The position numbers were made by a program, and so were the translations under genes. From the NCBI GenBank assembly GCA_052327205.1, contig CM126230.1, positions 29,140,001 to 29,204,000 of the forward strand: a stretch of 64,000 bases of DNA, given 5' to 3'. Of this stretch, positions 37,965 through 49,814 are shown piece by piece. Within the stretch, counting starts at the first letter, position 1; every line of letters starts with the position of its first letter. This DNA comes from Somniosus microcephalus (Eukaryota). The notes beneath the pieces were generated by a model. That model was not told where the DNA came from and searched no databases. It saw only the letters and a list, made by a program, of their open reading frames with translations.

Positions 37965-39815
37965 AGACCGGTAAGCCTGACATCGGTAGTGGGGAAAATG
38001 CTGGAGTCCATTATAAAAGATGTAATAGCTGATCACTTGGAAAACAGTGACAGGATTGGACAAAGTCAACATGGATTTACAAAAGGTACATCGTGCTTGA
38101 CTAATCTACTGGAATTTTTTGAGGATGTAACTGGTAAAATAGATGAGGGAGAACTAGTGGATGTCGTATATTTGGACTTTCAGAAGGCTTTTGATAAGCT
38201 CCCGCATAAGAGATTAGCGTGTAAAGTTAAGGCACATGGGATTGGGGTCAAGGTATTGACTTGGATAGAAAACTGATTGGCAGACAGAAAGCAAAGAGTT
38301 GGAATAAATGGGTCTTTTTCCAAGTGGCAGGCAGTGACTAGTGGGGTACCGCAGGGATCAGTCCTTGGACCCCAGCTATTCACAATATATATTAATGATC
38401 TAGACAAGGGAACTAGATGTAATGGCCTAGAAATTCAGTGGGCTGCGCCACCCGTTAGCGCCTTAAGAGGGCGCTAAGTGGGTCGGAAGCCACTGGCCAC
38501 GCCTCCCGCTAAATTTAGCGGGACGCTAATGGTGGCGCTAGCCGTTAGCGCTGCGCCACTACCGATGACGTCATCGTGCTGGGCTCTTTTGCCGGCAAAC
38601 GCGATCCTCTGGGGCCCAGCTGGGCCAGATCGCGCTGCGCAAGGCCCCTCCCCTTTAAGAAGGGGAGTAAGGCCTGCAGTACTGCAGCGCGATGTGCTGC
38701 AGCGTGTGGCGCTGCGGCACATTGCGCAGCGATATTCAGTTGCAGCACCCCAAGAGGGATGCGGGGCGCTCCAACTGAATTTCCGGCGGGCGGCCGCGAC
38801 TGCTTCCGGGGCGCTACCTTTAGCGCCCTGGCGAAGCTGGCGCCCCAAACAGGGTTATAGTCAATTTCTAGGCCAGTATCTCCAAACTTGCAGATGATAC
38901 AAAGCTGGGTGGGCGTGTGTGCTGTGAGGAGGATGCCGAGAAACTCCAGGATGATTTGGACAGGTTGGGTGATTGGGCAGAAGCATGGCAGATGCAATAT
39001 AACGTGGATAAATGTGAGGTTATCCACTTTGGTGGCAAAAACAGGAAGGCAGATTATTATCTGAATGGCAATAGATTGGGAGAAGGGGAAGTGCAATGAG
39101 TCCTGGGTGTCCTTGTGCACCAGCCGCTGAAGGTAAGCATGCAGGTGCAGCAGGCGGTTAAGAAGGCAAATGGTATGTTGGCCTTCGTAGCGAGAGGGTT
39201 TGAGTACAGGAACAAGGATGTCTTGCTGCAGTTGTACAGGGCCTTGGTGAGACCACATCTTGAGTATTGTGTGCAGTTTTGGTCGCCTTATCTGAGGAAG
39301 GATGTTCTTGCCATGGAAGGAGTTCAGCGAAGATTCACCAGGCTGATACCTGGGATGGCAGGAATGACGTATGAGGAAAGATTGGGTCGATTGGGCTTAT
39401 ACTCGCTGGAGTTTAGAAGAATGAGAGGGGATCTCATTGAAACTTATAAAATTCTGACAGGACTGGACAGACTAGATGCAGGAAGGATGTTCCCGATGGT
39501 CGGGGAGTCCAGAACCAGGGGTCACAGTCTAAGGATAAAGGGTATGCCATTTAGGACAGAAATGAGGAGGAATTTCTTCACCCAGAGAGTGGTGAACCTG
39601 TGGAATTCTCTACCACAGAAGGCAGTAGAGGCCAATTCATTAAATATATTCAAGAAGGAGTTGGATATATTTCTTAAGGCTGAAGGGATCAAGGGATATG
39701 GGGAGAAAGCAGGGACTGGGTACTGAATTTGGATGATCAGCCATGATCACATTGAATGGCGGAGCAGGCTCGAGGGGCCGATTGGCCTACTCCTGCTCCT
39801 ACCTTCTATGTTTCT
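37965..39815 (+). mobile_element. CR1 LINE ORF2 (RT) remnant, relatively young, interrupted by a MITE
   Basis: [56 protein letters not shown], and ORF 39115..39726; tail TTCTATGTTTCTAT. Confidence 0.97.
38424..38874. mobile_element. CpG-rich Harbinger MITE nested in CR1
   Basis: Perfect 12-bp TIR GGCCTAGAAATT; TSD AAT/AGT; removal restores the CR1 reading C-N-I-S-K-L-A-D-D. Confidence 0.9.
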
Positions 39816-39949
39816 ATATAAATAGGGAGTAGATGGTCTCAGCCAAAATAATAGGGAGCAGAGGCAAGATGCTTCTGCCATGAAAAGTGAGGAAGAGTGT
39901 TGGGTGATAGAGAACATTGGCAGTGATTTGAGACAGGCTGGTTGTCAGT

Positions 39950-41150
39950 TGGCTTAAACTGTGATGGATAGGGTTTATCCAAAGTTAAGTTACACAGACC
40001 ACTGTGGTCTGTTGTGACCTTCAATGACTCCATGTTTCTTGCTTGGGGACTATAGATACGATGTTGCTTGCCAGCGGGTCAAAATCATGTTTTAACTTGA
40101 CAAACCAAGTATCTCAGTGTTGGCCCCCTGGGTGTTAATTTCCATGTCTGGATAGAATAGTGATGCACAAAGCCTTAAGAGTAGGAGTCAACTACTGAAG
40201 ACAAATGATATGGCTGAGAAAGTTGAGATTTTGAGTTTGTTTTCAAAAGGGCCAAGTCTCAGAGGCATAGAGTAGGATGGTGAACACCTACGCATTAAAT
40301 AAATAAAGTTTGGACAGAAGCTGGATGCAACAGCTTTCCCATATTCTAGCCAGGAACTTCATCGCTATGGCAGTGATTCCATTGCAACACATTTAATCTC
40401 AGGAGCACATTTGCCCACGGAACAAGTACAGCTGTTAAGATCGGTAAACTGAATGACTGCCATAATAGCTCCTCCACAAATGTCAAATTTATTTTGCTCT
40501 TTCATCTTCATCCAAGAGATACACGGATCTAACTTCTGTACCCTATGATGGGAGGAAATACTCATTTTATGGGACGGGGAGGGAATGAAAGAATGGCAAC
40601 TATAGTAGTTGTAAACTTTGAACGAAATTGTGTTGAAATCTATTGGGTGTATTCTTTTTGAAAAAAACTTTATGACAATTCCTCCTGTGCCTGTTCGTAC
40701 AGATGGTGTGCTTACAAATCCAGGCCTCTTCTAGCTTGGCTTGCACTTGGTGTTCACGTGGTGCAGCCTGTGAACACTAAATGTAATTTATTACCATTCT
40801 GCATACCATAATGGAAGCAAGATGAACTTTTAACAATGTGCACATTGTATCATTCTTGCTTCTAGGGGAATAGATTGTAATGTGCTGAGCTTGATGCTGT
40901 CATGTGTTCCAGAGGAAGGCCCTGGCCAAGCTTGGATCTATGCCATGTTGATGTACTGATGCATAATATACTGTAGCACAATAGGAACACCCTGCTGGTG
41001 AGCTGCAGCGTTGTACACTGATTTGATGGGATGATGTATTTTCAGGTGCATGAAGTTCAAATGTCTGTTTGGTCAGGGGAGATTTCATACTTGTTTAGAC
41101 ACAGTACGTCCTTAGAAATGCACCATTTTTTTAGTCCAATTCCTGGTAGA
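39950..41150 (-). mobile_element. Highly decayed RTE-clade LINE
   Basis: Minus-strand peptides VFTILLYASETWP (~40250-40290) and FTDLNS..GKCAPEIK (ORF 40365..40565). Confidence 0.6.
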
Positions 41151-41734
41151 TCTTTGCCCACTACAGTGACTCCACCTCTGAGGTCGATATTTACATAGTT
41201 GCCTAGTGTATTTTCTCCTTCAATGTAAAAGACAATAATGCTGGGAAGTGAAACATTTTAACACTTCCACTATCATCAAACCATTGGTAGCATAGGCTAG
41301 AATGGGATAAAAGCTCCTGTGATATCTTGCGACACAGCATATATATACAACAAATATATATATTTTCTAGTGTATATTTAAAAAAAAAAATTTTTCAGCA
41401 ATTTAAAGTAGTTACTCACAGGTGGTAAATTGACACTGATTTAAAATGCTTATTTTTTTGTGATAAACCCATCTACAGCTGTAGTAATCAAACTTTACCA
41501 AGTTATCACTCTTAAATATATCGGAATATTTTTTAAAGCAACATTTTTTTTAAAATTATGTTTTAAAACACTGCCTGATTGCACTGTTTCGTGGCAGATT
41601 TTGTATTTGCCGATATGCAAATAAGTTTGAGCAGAAACTCTTCGGGGTGGGGGGGAAACACTTGTCAAAACGGGCGCAACTTACGCTGGAATCGCTGATT
41701 GCGTCCAAAGTGGAAACTCTACCCCTACCAGTTT

Positions 41735-42040
41735 AGGTCCAGTTTCCTTTCTCCTTTGCTGAAAGTGCTGATTCATACTGGGGTATGTTTTCACAGGTGT
41801 TAGCTTCCCTCATGTATCATGGTACCCTGCCTGCATGAGACTTGGTGAGTAGTGGCAGGCTTTTTGACCATCAGAGTCCAGTCCTGTCCACAGATGGCAC
41901 TTTGCAGCAGGAAGCGGCAACCAGAAGTGGGAAACTTAACCCATTTCCTTTTTCCCTCCCCCACTCCCTAACCTGGGGTGTTGTGGCCAATTGCAGTGCC
42001 CCTATTCCTGCTCTGGGTATGTTAGTGTTGCATTTACTAC
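41735..42040 (-). mobile_element. Old SINE-like repeat (family X)
   Basis: Reverse-complement similarity to 2780, 17280 and 27185; ends GCATTTAC. Confidence 0.55.
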
Positions 42041-43479
42041 TATCCAAGGACACTACTAAAGTCCAATAGTTACTACTTTGATGGACTGGTGGCTTAGAAA
42101 ATGTCTAACACAGTGTGTAAAGTCCACTGAGAGGATAAGAACATATTTAAAATTGGGTATAGGAACAATGAAAAGCCAATTGGCTCATCCAGTAGACCAA
42201 GTATGCTTTGTCATGGGATCTCACTAGCCCATTTGATCTCTTAAGAGAAATGGAAACCTGCGACAAAGCTGCCAGGAATCAAAATTACTCTGAAACTTCT
42301 TCCGAGTTCCCCCTGTAAAGGTAATTAAATGCAAGCTCCAGCATATCTGTTATGAGGTCCTGGTTTGGAGAAGAACTTCATCAAGGCTGAGTTTTATTCC
42401 TATTCAAGTGCAATGGATGTCGTCTGAAACATATAAATATGTATTTATACTCGTTTCACTTGTCTAAATGCTAATGTTGGAAACCAGCTGAAAACTTCAG
42501 TGTTGGCAATTATAGAATCTGTAAGAATTCAGTCACTGGCCTTACTTTAATGCTATCATTGTGACTTGATCATTCTTTAACTGTTTGACAGACATGAATC
42601 TACATTAGCCTCTTAAGGATTGAAATTCTGATGCACTACATGCCAGTCTCTGGCTTAATGAGATTCTGACACTATAGAACTACCTCCAAAGTAAAGATAG
42701 TAAAAACTTTCCTGTTGCATTGGAAGTCTAAGCAACTCTTTTACATTCACCTCTCTCTGTTCTGCAAACTAATGACCTCAAATCTTCCTTTTTAATGTAG
42801 ACATGTCGAATATGATACGTACATAGTAGCAGTATGTATTTTGATTAATTATGCACTCCATTTTCCAAAATTATATTATTATGTCCACATAGTCCAAAAA
42901 CGCAAAGGGAACAGTGTTGCTTTAATCAATATTCCTGGGGTGGATCTTTGCCACTTTGTCCTACATTATATAAGGCTGGCTGTAATGGCGGGAGTTTTTT
43001 TTCTTTACTCCCACCATTGCTACTTGTTGCAAAGCATCTCCTTCCTCATAAGAGAAGCCTTTGGTACAGGGCAGTTCTGTTTTTGCACTGTTTTGAGTTA
43101 AATCTTTAGGTGAAACTTTTAAGCTGTAGTTTCAAGAAATGATATTTTTTGTTGCTTTTTATGATCTGCATTGCTTGTAGAAACTCCATCCTCTCTTCAG
43201 ATGGATAGCCCAGCGTCACTCATTCAACCACAGATTCGTAGTGTGATACTTGACAAAGTTCCAGAAGCAGATGGAACAAAGTCTCCAAATGCTGTAGTTC
43301 ACCACTGAACTTGTGAATTTCTGCTTCCTATATTATGTAAGCCTGGTTGAAAGCATCTACCTTCTGTTACTTTTTACTCCCACCATCGTTACTTGTTTAA
43401 AAAAAACATCTCCTACTCGAGCTGTCGAAGAGATTAGATCACTGACCCACACTTGGATTCTTGAAACTCTGGGACCAAA

Positions 43480-44930
43480 GGGGCTAAAATTTTGCTGCGT
43501 GCCTCAAATTTTAACAGAGTTTCAGATTTAACGGCTGTGGGCTGGGTTTCCAAGGGCTCGGGAAAGCCAGCAGCTGAAGGGAGGTGGGAATGACCGGATC
43601 CAGCAGTTCAGTGCCTTTCCAGCATTACTTGTGGGCCAGGAGGAGCAAGAGTGCTTCCCTTCCAGCCCCTCGAGTACACCTTCCCTCCCCATGTTCCGAG
43701 CTCCCCCCGCCACTGTCATCTGTTCCCCCCCCCCACCCACCCACTATCTCTTTCCCCCCCCACCCACCCACCCACTATCTCTTCCCCCCCCCCCCACCCA
43801 CCCACCCACTATCTCTTTCCCCCCCCCCCACCCACCCACTATCTCTTCAACCTGGCCGTGATCTACCCCCGACCCGTGATCTCTTCAACCTCCCTCTCCT
43901 ACGGTCTTTCCATCCCTCCCTGCTGCAGCATTCCAGCACAGGCCTTTCCACCCGACAGACAGCCAGCCTCTCAATCTGGCCAGCTGGCCCCCGGGAAACA
44001 GAGACAAGGGGCTGGACTTTCCAAGTCCCGAGGAGGCGGGTATGGCGGCGGGACTGCCGGTAAAGTTGGAGAAGGTGGGGGTGGATGGCAAACCCGCCCG
44101 CCTCTGTGCCCTTTTGCCAGGAGATGTGCTGCTTCGGGTCCCGTCTCCTGGAGGCGGGAAAGGCATTTAATCCTTTTAACTGCCTGTTAACAGGTAGTTA
44201 ACAGGCAGAAAAAAGGATTAATGCCATTTTACCTTCACAGGTGAAAGCTTCCCGACATCAGAGAACCTCGCTGGGTTGGAGGAGACGTGAATGAGGTCTG
44301 CGGTAGTCGGAGGCACCTGGAAGTAAGATGCAGAGGCGAGTGATGGGTGAGAGTGTGGAGTGGTAAGTATGCAAGGTGAGTGATAAGTTTTTTAAAATGT
44401 TCACTTACCTTGTTTTCTTCCTACAGCCTTCAGCCCCGCTGGATCGGGAGAGCCGGCATCCTCCTTGTCAATTTCACAGACTGGCTGTTGGATCCTCCGA
44501 ACCAACAGCCATGTGATATCAACAAAGTTGAAAGGTTTGATGAGTCTTGAACACAAGGAATCATCAAACTACAGAGAATGTCAGTGTTTGACAGCTTCAA
44601 ACACGTCTGACGTTGACATGCTATGTCAGTGACTTCCTCCCTAATTGGCCTGCTGAACCCGCAGGGCGGGCTTAACGAGGTCAATCAGGGGAAAATCCCT
44701 CTGGTTGGTCAGGCGAGGATGGAGGCGGGACATTAACACGGCAAGCAGCAGACCCGCCTCCAACTTGTCTCCATTCACAAAATCCAGCCCCTAATATTAA
44801 AATATATCCTGCTGTTAAATTCGACTGGGTCTCCGTGTTACCCACAACTCTGAGTTTCCCAGCCGCTAGCGCGCCCCCCCCACTCCCATTCCCTAACCAC
44901 CTCCCCATAAATATCGTGGCCCAAAACTCT
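43480..44930. mobile_element. Harbinger-type MITE, family B, containing a nested family A MITE and a C-rich tandem repeat
   Basis: Starts GGGGCTAAAATTT; segments either side of 44008-44791 are contiguous in the 22667 copy; ~29-bp CCACCCACTATCTCTTCCCCCCCC repeats at 43715-43850. Confidence 0.65.
44008..44791. mobile_element. PIF/Harbinger MITE, family A
   Basis: TIR GGGGCTGGACTTT / AAAATCCAGCCCC; flanks CAA/TAA; shares the CTGCCTGTTAACAGG palindrome and other blocks with 11730 and 21055. Confidence 0.85.
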
Positions 44931-45070
44931 GATTTCATTGTCATTCTAAAATTTACTCCGACTTAGAAAACTGACCTGTTCAGGGAGATCGGAATTTCCC
45001 TGGATATTTCGGGAGTGCAAAGCATTAGTTATGAGAACAGTTACATACAAGAGATTCTTGTCTGTTTATT

Positions 45071-45725
45071 GGCCCAGAAATTCGGGTCTCCACGGGTGAG
45101 TACACACAGGATACTCACCCGTAGGCCCAACCTAAGTGCCGGTCTCATGCATGCACGGGAAACCGGAACTTCCATTCCCTTAAAGGAAGGGGTTCAGAGG
45201 TCGAAGGTGTACGCCGGAGAGGCAGCGCGTGCGCATGGAACTTAGGTTTTTTTCCAGGTTTCTCCGGGAGGGTAAGTCTCCAGGAGTTACACATGTAAAA
45301 AGTGGGCGCAAGGCCTGCTTTTAACAAGGTAAGTGGTGAATTAATTAAAATGAAAACATTTTTTCTACAGGTTTATTATTTTTAAATACTTTAAAGAAAG
45401 GTAAGTTTATTTTTAGCCGTTAGAAAATGTAATTAATTTTTTCAAAAATTTAAATTATTTTTTTAAATAGTTATTTTATGTAATTTATAGTTATTTTAAA
45501 AATGTGATTAAAAAAAAAATTATTTGAAGTTTTAGTGATGTATTGGTGCTTATAGTATTTATAGTTTTGACAGCTCTTCCTGTCAATTTTATGAATGGGC
45601 ATTTCCCTCCTCCCCAGGCCCAGGATCGGAATCTCACGCGGGCCCACAGCTCAACGGCCGGCGCTAGGTAAGTGCAGGTCAGAGGCTTGCACCCGCGGGA
45701 AGCCTCCGACCCGAATTTCTGGGCC
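45071..45725. mobile_element. PIF/Harbinger MITE, family D
   Basis: Perfect TIR GGCCCAGAAATTCGGGTC; TSD ATT; AT-rich core. Confidence 0.92.
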
Positions 45726-46064
45726 ATTATGTTTTACCATTTGGTCTTGAGATTGAAACCATTTAAGTTTTCTAAGAAACAGGGTGCTGAGTTAAATTCA
45801 CAAGAAAATTGGTGATGAGACCAATTGACTAAGCAATTGGGTTATTCCCAGATGGCTTGGTGACTTTATCCAGTGCATAGTTCTGGTAAATATCACCAAA
45901 AAGGTCCCATGTTTAACTCCCAGTTTATATGATCACAGCTAGGGTGGTGTTTGGGGTACTCTAATTGAGCTGGGTGATTGGGTTTGGCTGTGGTGCCATC
46001 TGCTGTCAAATATCAAGGAAAACCACATTAGATCTTAACCACCACTCCCATTTTCTCTCAGACA

Positions 46065-46402
46065 TTCTGTAACCATTTACACCTCCTCTGGACCCATCTT
46101 TTGTTTCTATACACTCTCCCGTATCACCTCCCTTTGCTTTGCGCCATCATCCCTTTTGTTATTTAATCACTCCTGCCCTCCACCCTATCACAGACCTTTC
46201 CCTTTTATTCTTTCTCTGCTCCCCTTTTCCTTAGCTCTGTACTTGCTTAAAAGCTGTTCACCTCTAACATCTTCTAGTTCTAATGAAAGGCCATCGACCT
46301 GTAATGTTTACTCAATTTCCCTCTACACAGATGCTGCCGGAGTGTTTCCAGCATTTTCTGTTTTTGTTTCAGATTTCCAGCATCTGCAGTATTTTGCTTT
46401 TT
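46065..46402 (+). mobile_element. Penelope-like element terminal (pLTR) fragment with a degenerate hammerhead motif
   Basis: C/T-rich body; AGTT-CTAATGA-AAGGCCATCGACCT-GTAATGTT-TACT; tail TTTCCAGCATTTTCTG..CTGCAGTATTTTGCTTT. Confidence 0.7.
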
Positions 46403-46407
46403 TTGAT

Positions 46408-46474
46408 TACACCTCTGTGAAGTGCCTTGGAACCGTTTTGTATGTTAAAGGAGCTATATAAATGCAAGTTGTTG
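46408..46474 (+). mobile_element. L2-type 3' tail
   Basis: CCTCTGTGAAGTGCCTTGG..TAAAGGAGCTATATAAATGCAAGTTGTTG. Confidence 0.7.
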
Positions 46475-47561
46475 ACTGCCTCCCTCCTCCCTTCCAGATG
46501 CTCCAATTTGGCCCTGGTTTACATACTGGAATGCCTGGTTTGCAAACCAGATATTTCAGATAACCATGCCCCTTTAAACTCATTACTGAATGTTGTAAAT
46601 GAACCGAAGCATGAAAGTATTTCCACTCACCATGACATAGGCAGATTTCATTTGCACTTAATATGTATGATAGAAAACTCCCAAATTCCAAGAAAATGTC
46701 AAATAACAGAATAGGCATGTTTCTAAATACACACTGCGTGCTACCGCACACAGTTTAGTTTCAGGGATCATTAAAGAGGTCACCAAGTTAAGTTTCTGGA
46801 CAGTTTCACGTAAGTGAAGGCTAATATCAGAGAGTTGGTGCCTGAGAGTCTGTAAGCGACAGTGTTTACAAAGAAGTAAACAGCAGACTCTGAATGATTG
46901 GGAGGGGTTGCCTGCAGCAGTTTTAACAGTGTTGTTACCGGTGCTTTACAAGTTCCCCAGCTGGCGTCTTTGTATTGGTGTGTAGACAACAGAATAAGGT
47001 GCCTATTTTGATGGAAATGTACACAAGTGACCTCAAACATTTGAGTTTATTGCAGTTTCACTCTAATCTTGAGTTGTGATCTGCCTTTGACACATCAGCA
47101 AGTACATTTTCTGTTAGATCCAAAAAAAAGCTGGCATTAAAACGAAGGAAACAGAACCAGCAGCCTCCGTTGGTGGTTTTAGTGCTTTCCTGTGAAAAAA
47201 GATCTTAGTGGTAACTTTCCGGCATTGTCTTAATATCCTAATTTAATAATTCCAATTAACAGACTGTTAATGGTTCTTAACACCAATTGATGCAATAAAT
47301 TCTCCACCCATTTCTCCAGACCTCAGTTTCAGTTTAAGCTGCTTTTATATTTGGTTTATTGGGTTATTAGGACTGCTGGCTCCTGACTTGTACAACTGAT
47401 AGCAACCCAAAAATAAATTCCTGTATATTCAGTAAGGTCAGCTGCTGGGAAGACCTGGTAAAAAAAATCTCCTACGCTTGGATTATCCTAGAGGGTAAGG
47501 CTAATCCACAAACTTTCATTTCTTACCATTCGTTCCCTCCATCCTTACTTCCAACACTATA

Positions 47562-48234
47562 TCTTCTTCTTAGGCAGTCCCTCGGAACTGAGGATGACTT
47601 GCTTCCACATTAAAAATGAGTTCTCGGGTGACTGATGAGTCCAATGCGGGACCTGCAGTCTCTGTCACAGGTGGGGCAGACGGTGGTTGAAGGGGCGGGT
47701 GGGTGAGGTGCTTGGGTTGACGTGTGCTCCTTGCGCTGTTTGCGCTTGGCTTCCGCTTGCTTCCGGCGAAGAGACTCGAGGTATTCGGCGCCTTCCCGGA
47801 TGCTTCTCCTCCACTTTGTACGGTCTTGGGCCAGGGATTCCCAGGTGTCGGTGGGGATGTTGCTCTTTTTCAAGGAGGCTTTGAGGGTGTCCTTGAAGCG
47901 TTTCCTCTGCCCACCTGGGGCTATCTTGCCGTGTCGGAGCTCCAAAAAGAGCGCTTGTTTTGGGAGTCTTGTATCGGGCATGCGGACAATGTGACCCGTC
48001 CATCAGAGCTGATCGAGCGTGGTCAAAGCTTCGATGCTGGGAATGTTGGCTTGAGCGAGAACACTGACGTTGGTGCGCCTATCCTGCCAATGGATTTGCA
48101 GGATCTTGCGGAGGCAGCGTTGGTGGTACCTCTCCAGTGCTTTGAGGTGCCTACTGTCAATGGTCCATGTCTCTGAGGCATACAGGATGGCGGATATCAC
48201 TACTGCTCTGTAGACCATGAGCTTCACCATGACT
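47562..48234 (-). mobile_element. RTE-clade (BovB-like) LINE, 5'-truncated, young
   Basis: VYRAVVISAILYASETWT..RLPKQALF.EL..GGQRKRFKDTLK..CPTCDRDCRSRIGLISH; (GAA)n tail; 20-bp TSD ATCCTTACTTCCAA[C/A]ACTAT at 47541 and 48235. Confidence 0.95.
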
Positions 48235-48254
48235 ATCCTTACTTCCAAAACTAT

Positions 48255-49024
48255 GGCCCAGAAATTCGGGTCGGGGGCTTCCCGCGGGTGCCAGCCCCCG
48301 ACCTGCACTTACCTGTTACAGCTGTTGAGCTGTGGGCCCGTGTGGAATTCCAATCCGGGGCCTGGTCCAGCTGCCGGCGCGCAGTGCTTGCGCATCCCAG
48401 GGGCGCAGTTAGTTCGATGCGTCCCCTGTGATCATGTGGGCCATGGAGAGCCAATCAGAGCAGGGAATGCTCCATTCATAAGTCTGACAGGAAGTGCTGT
48501 CAAGACTTATAAATACTACGGCCCCAAAATAGCACTAAATCTTCAAATAAATTTTTTTTAAAGTCACATTTTTATAATAAACTATAAATTACATGAAATA
48601 ACTATTTTAAACAATAATTCAAATTTTTGAAAAAAATAATTTTATTTTCTAACGGGGCTAAAAAATAAACTTACCTTGCTTTAAAGTATTTAAAAATAAT
48701 AAACCTGTGGAAAAAATGTTTTAATTTTAATTAATTCATCACTTACCTTGTAAAAAGCACGCCTGCTTTTTATATTTCTAACTCCTGCAGGCTCACCTTC
48801 CCGGGGAAACCTGTATAAATTTTTTTTTTTTTTTTTAAAAACACCGAAGTTCGATGCGCATGCGCAGCCTCCCCCGCACACGCGTTCGACCTCTGAACCT
48901 CTTCATTCAGAGGAACGGAAGTGCCGGTTTCATGCGCAGTGCATGCAGGAAACCGGCACTTCCATTGGGCCTACGGGTGTGTACCCAGCGCGTACTCACC
49001 CATGGAGACCCGAATTTCTGGGCC
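48255..49024. mobile_element. PIF/Harbinger MITE, family D (inverted relative to 45071)
   Basis: Perfect TIR GGCCCAGAAATTCGGGTC; TSD TAT. Confidence 0.92.
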
Positions 49025-49269
49025 TATATATTCCAACACTAAGTGCACGGAGTTTATAGAATTTTTCATTACATAGATTGAGAACTTTTGCCTTCTCCTC
49101 CCCTTTCCTATCCTGCTCCTGATTTGTCCAAGCCCTATCCCCACATTATAGCGCCTCTGTGCCCCATCTGTCAGTAGGCTCATCTCTTCTATAGGAACAA
49201 CTTTCAAGAATTCTCCCCCACCCAGCTCCTCACCACTCAAATGACGTTCCTTGCCCCAGTTCTTACCAA

Positions 49270-49592
49270 CTGAGGGAGTGCTACATTGTCAGAGGTACCA
49301 TCTCTCAGATGAAATGCTAAACCGAGGCACTTTGTTCAGGTAAAGATCAAATATTCCACTTTTTTTCCCCCAAGAAGAGCAGGAGGTTCTCTGTGTGCTG
49401 GTCAACATTCATCCCTCAACCAACATCATAAAAACACATTAACTGGTCATTCATCTTATTGCTGTTTGTGGGACCTTGTTTGTAATATGGCTGCCACTTT
49501 TACCGACTAAACAACAGTGACTATTCATTGGCTGAAGTGTTTTGGGACAGCCTGATGATGTGAAAGGCGCTATATAAATCCACGTCTGTCTT
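49270..49592 (+). mobile_element. Deu-domain SINE, 5'-truncated
   Basis: Aligns with 56322-56725; tail GAAAGGCGCTATATAAAT. Confidence 0.8.
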
Positions 49593-49619
49593 TCATAGCT
49601 AACATGATGATTTGACTTC

Positions 49620-49782
49620 TCACACTTCAAGGTCACCTCCAGAGTACCTCCAAGGCTCCATCCTTGGCCCTCCCTTTTTCATCATTTACACATTGCTCCT
49701 TAATGACATTATCCCTAGGCATGATGTTAGTTTCCACATGTATTCTGACAACACCCAGCTCTACCTCTACACCGTCAGTATT
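49620..49782 (+). mobile_element. L2 LINE RT fragment
   Basis: ORF 49612..49812 QGSILGPPFFIIYT..DII.RHDVSFHMYSDNTQLYL. Confidence 0.85.
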
Positions 49783-49814
49783 TTTGACTCCATATGGCCG
49801 ACACCAAATTAACA

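Noticed and set aside
38474-39258. Several long overlapping ORFs up to 237 aa
   Set aside because: GC-rich MITE lacking stop codons plus CR1 antisense strand.
43201-43308. Acceptor-like CTCTCTTCAG followed by ORF MDSPASLIQPQIRSVILDKVPEADGTKSPNAVVHH*
   Set aside because: Only 35 codons, no homology I recognise; cannot be told from chance.
43584-44190. Pro-rich 159-179 aa ORFs
   Set aside because: C-rich tandem repeat and nested MITE junction.
45071-49024. One 4-kb transposon or an assembly duplication
   Set aside because: Each copy has its own TSD and they differ by indels and substitutions.
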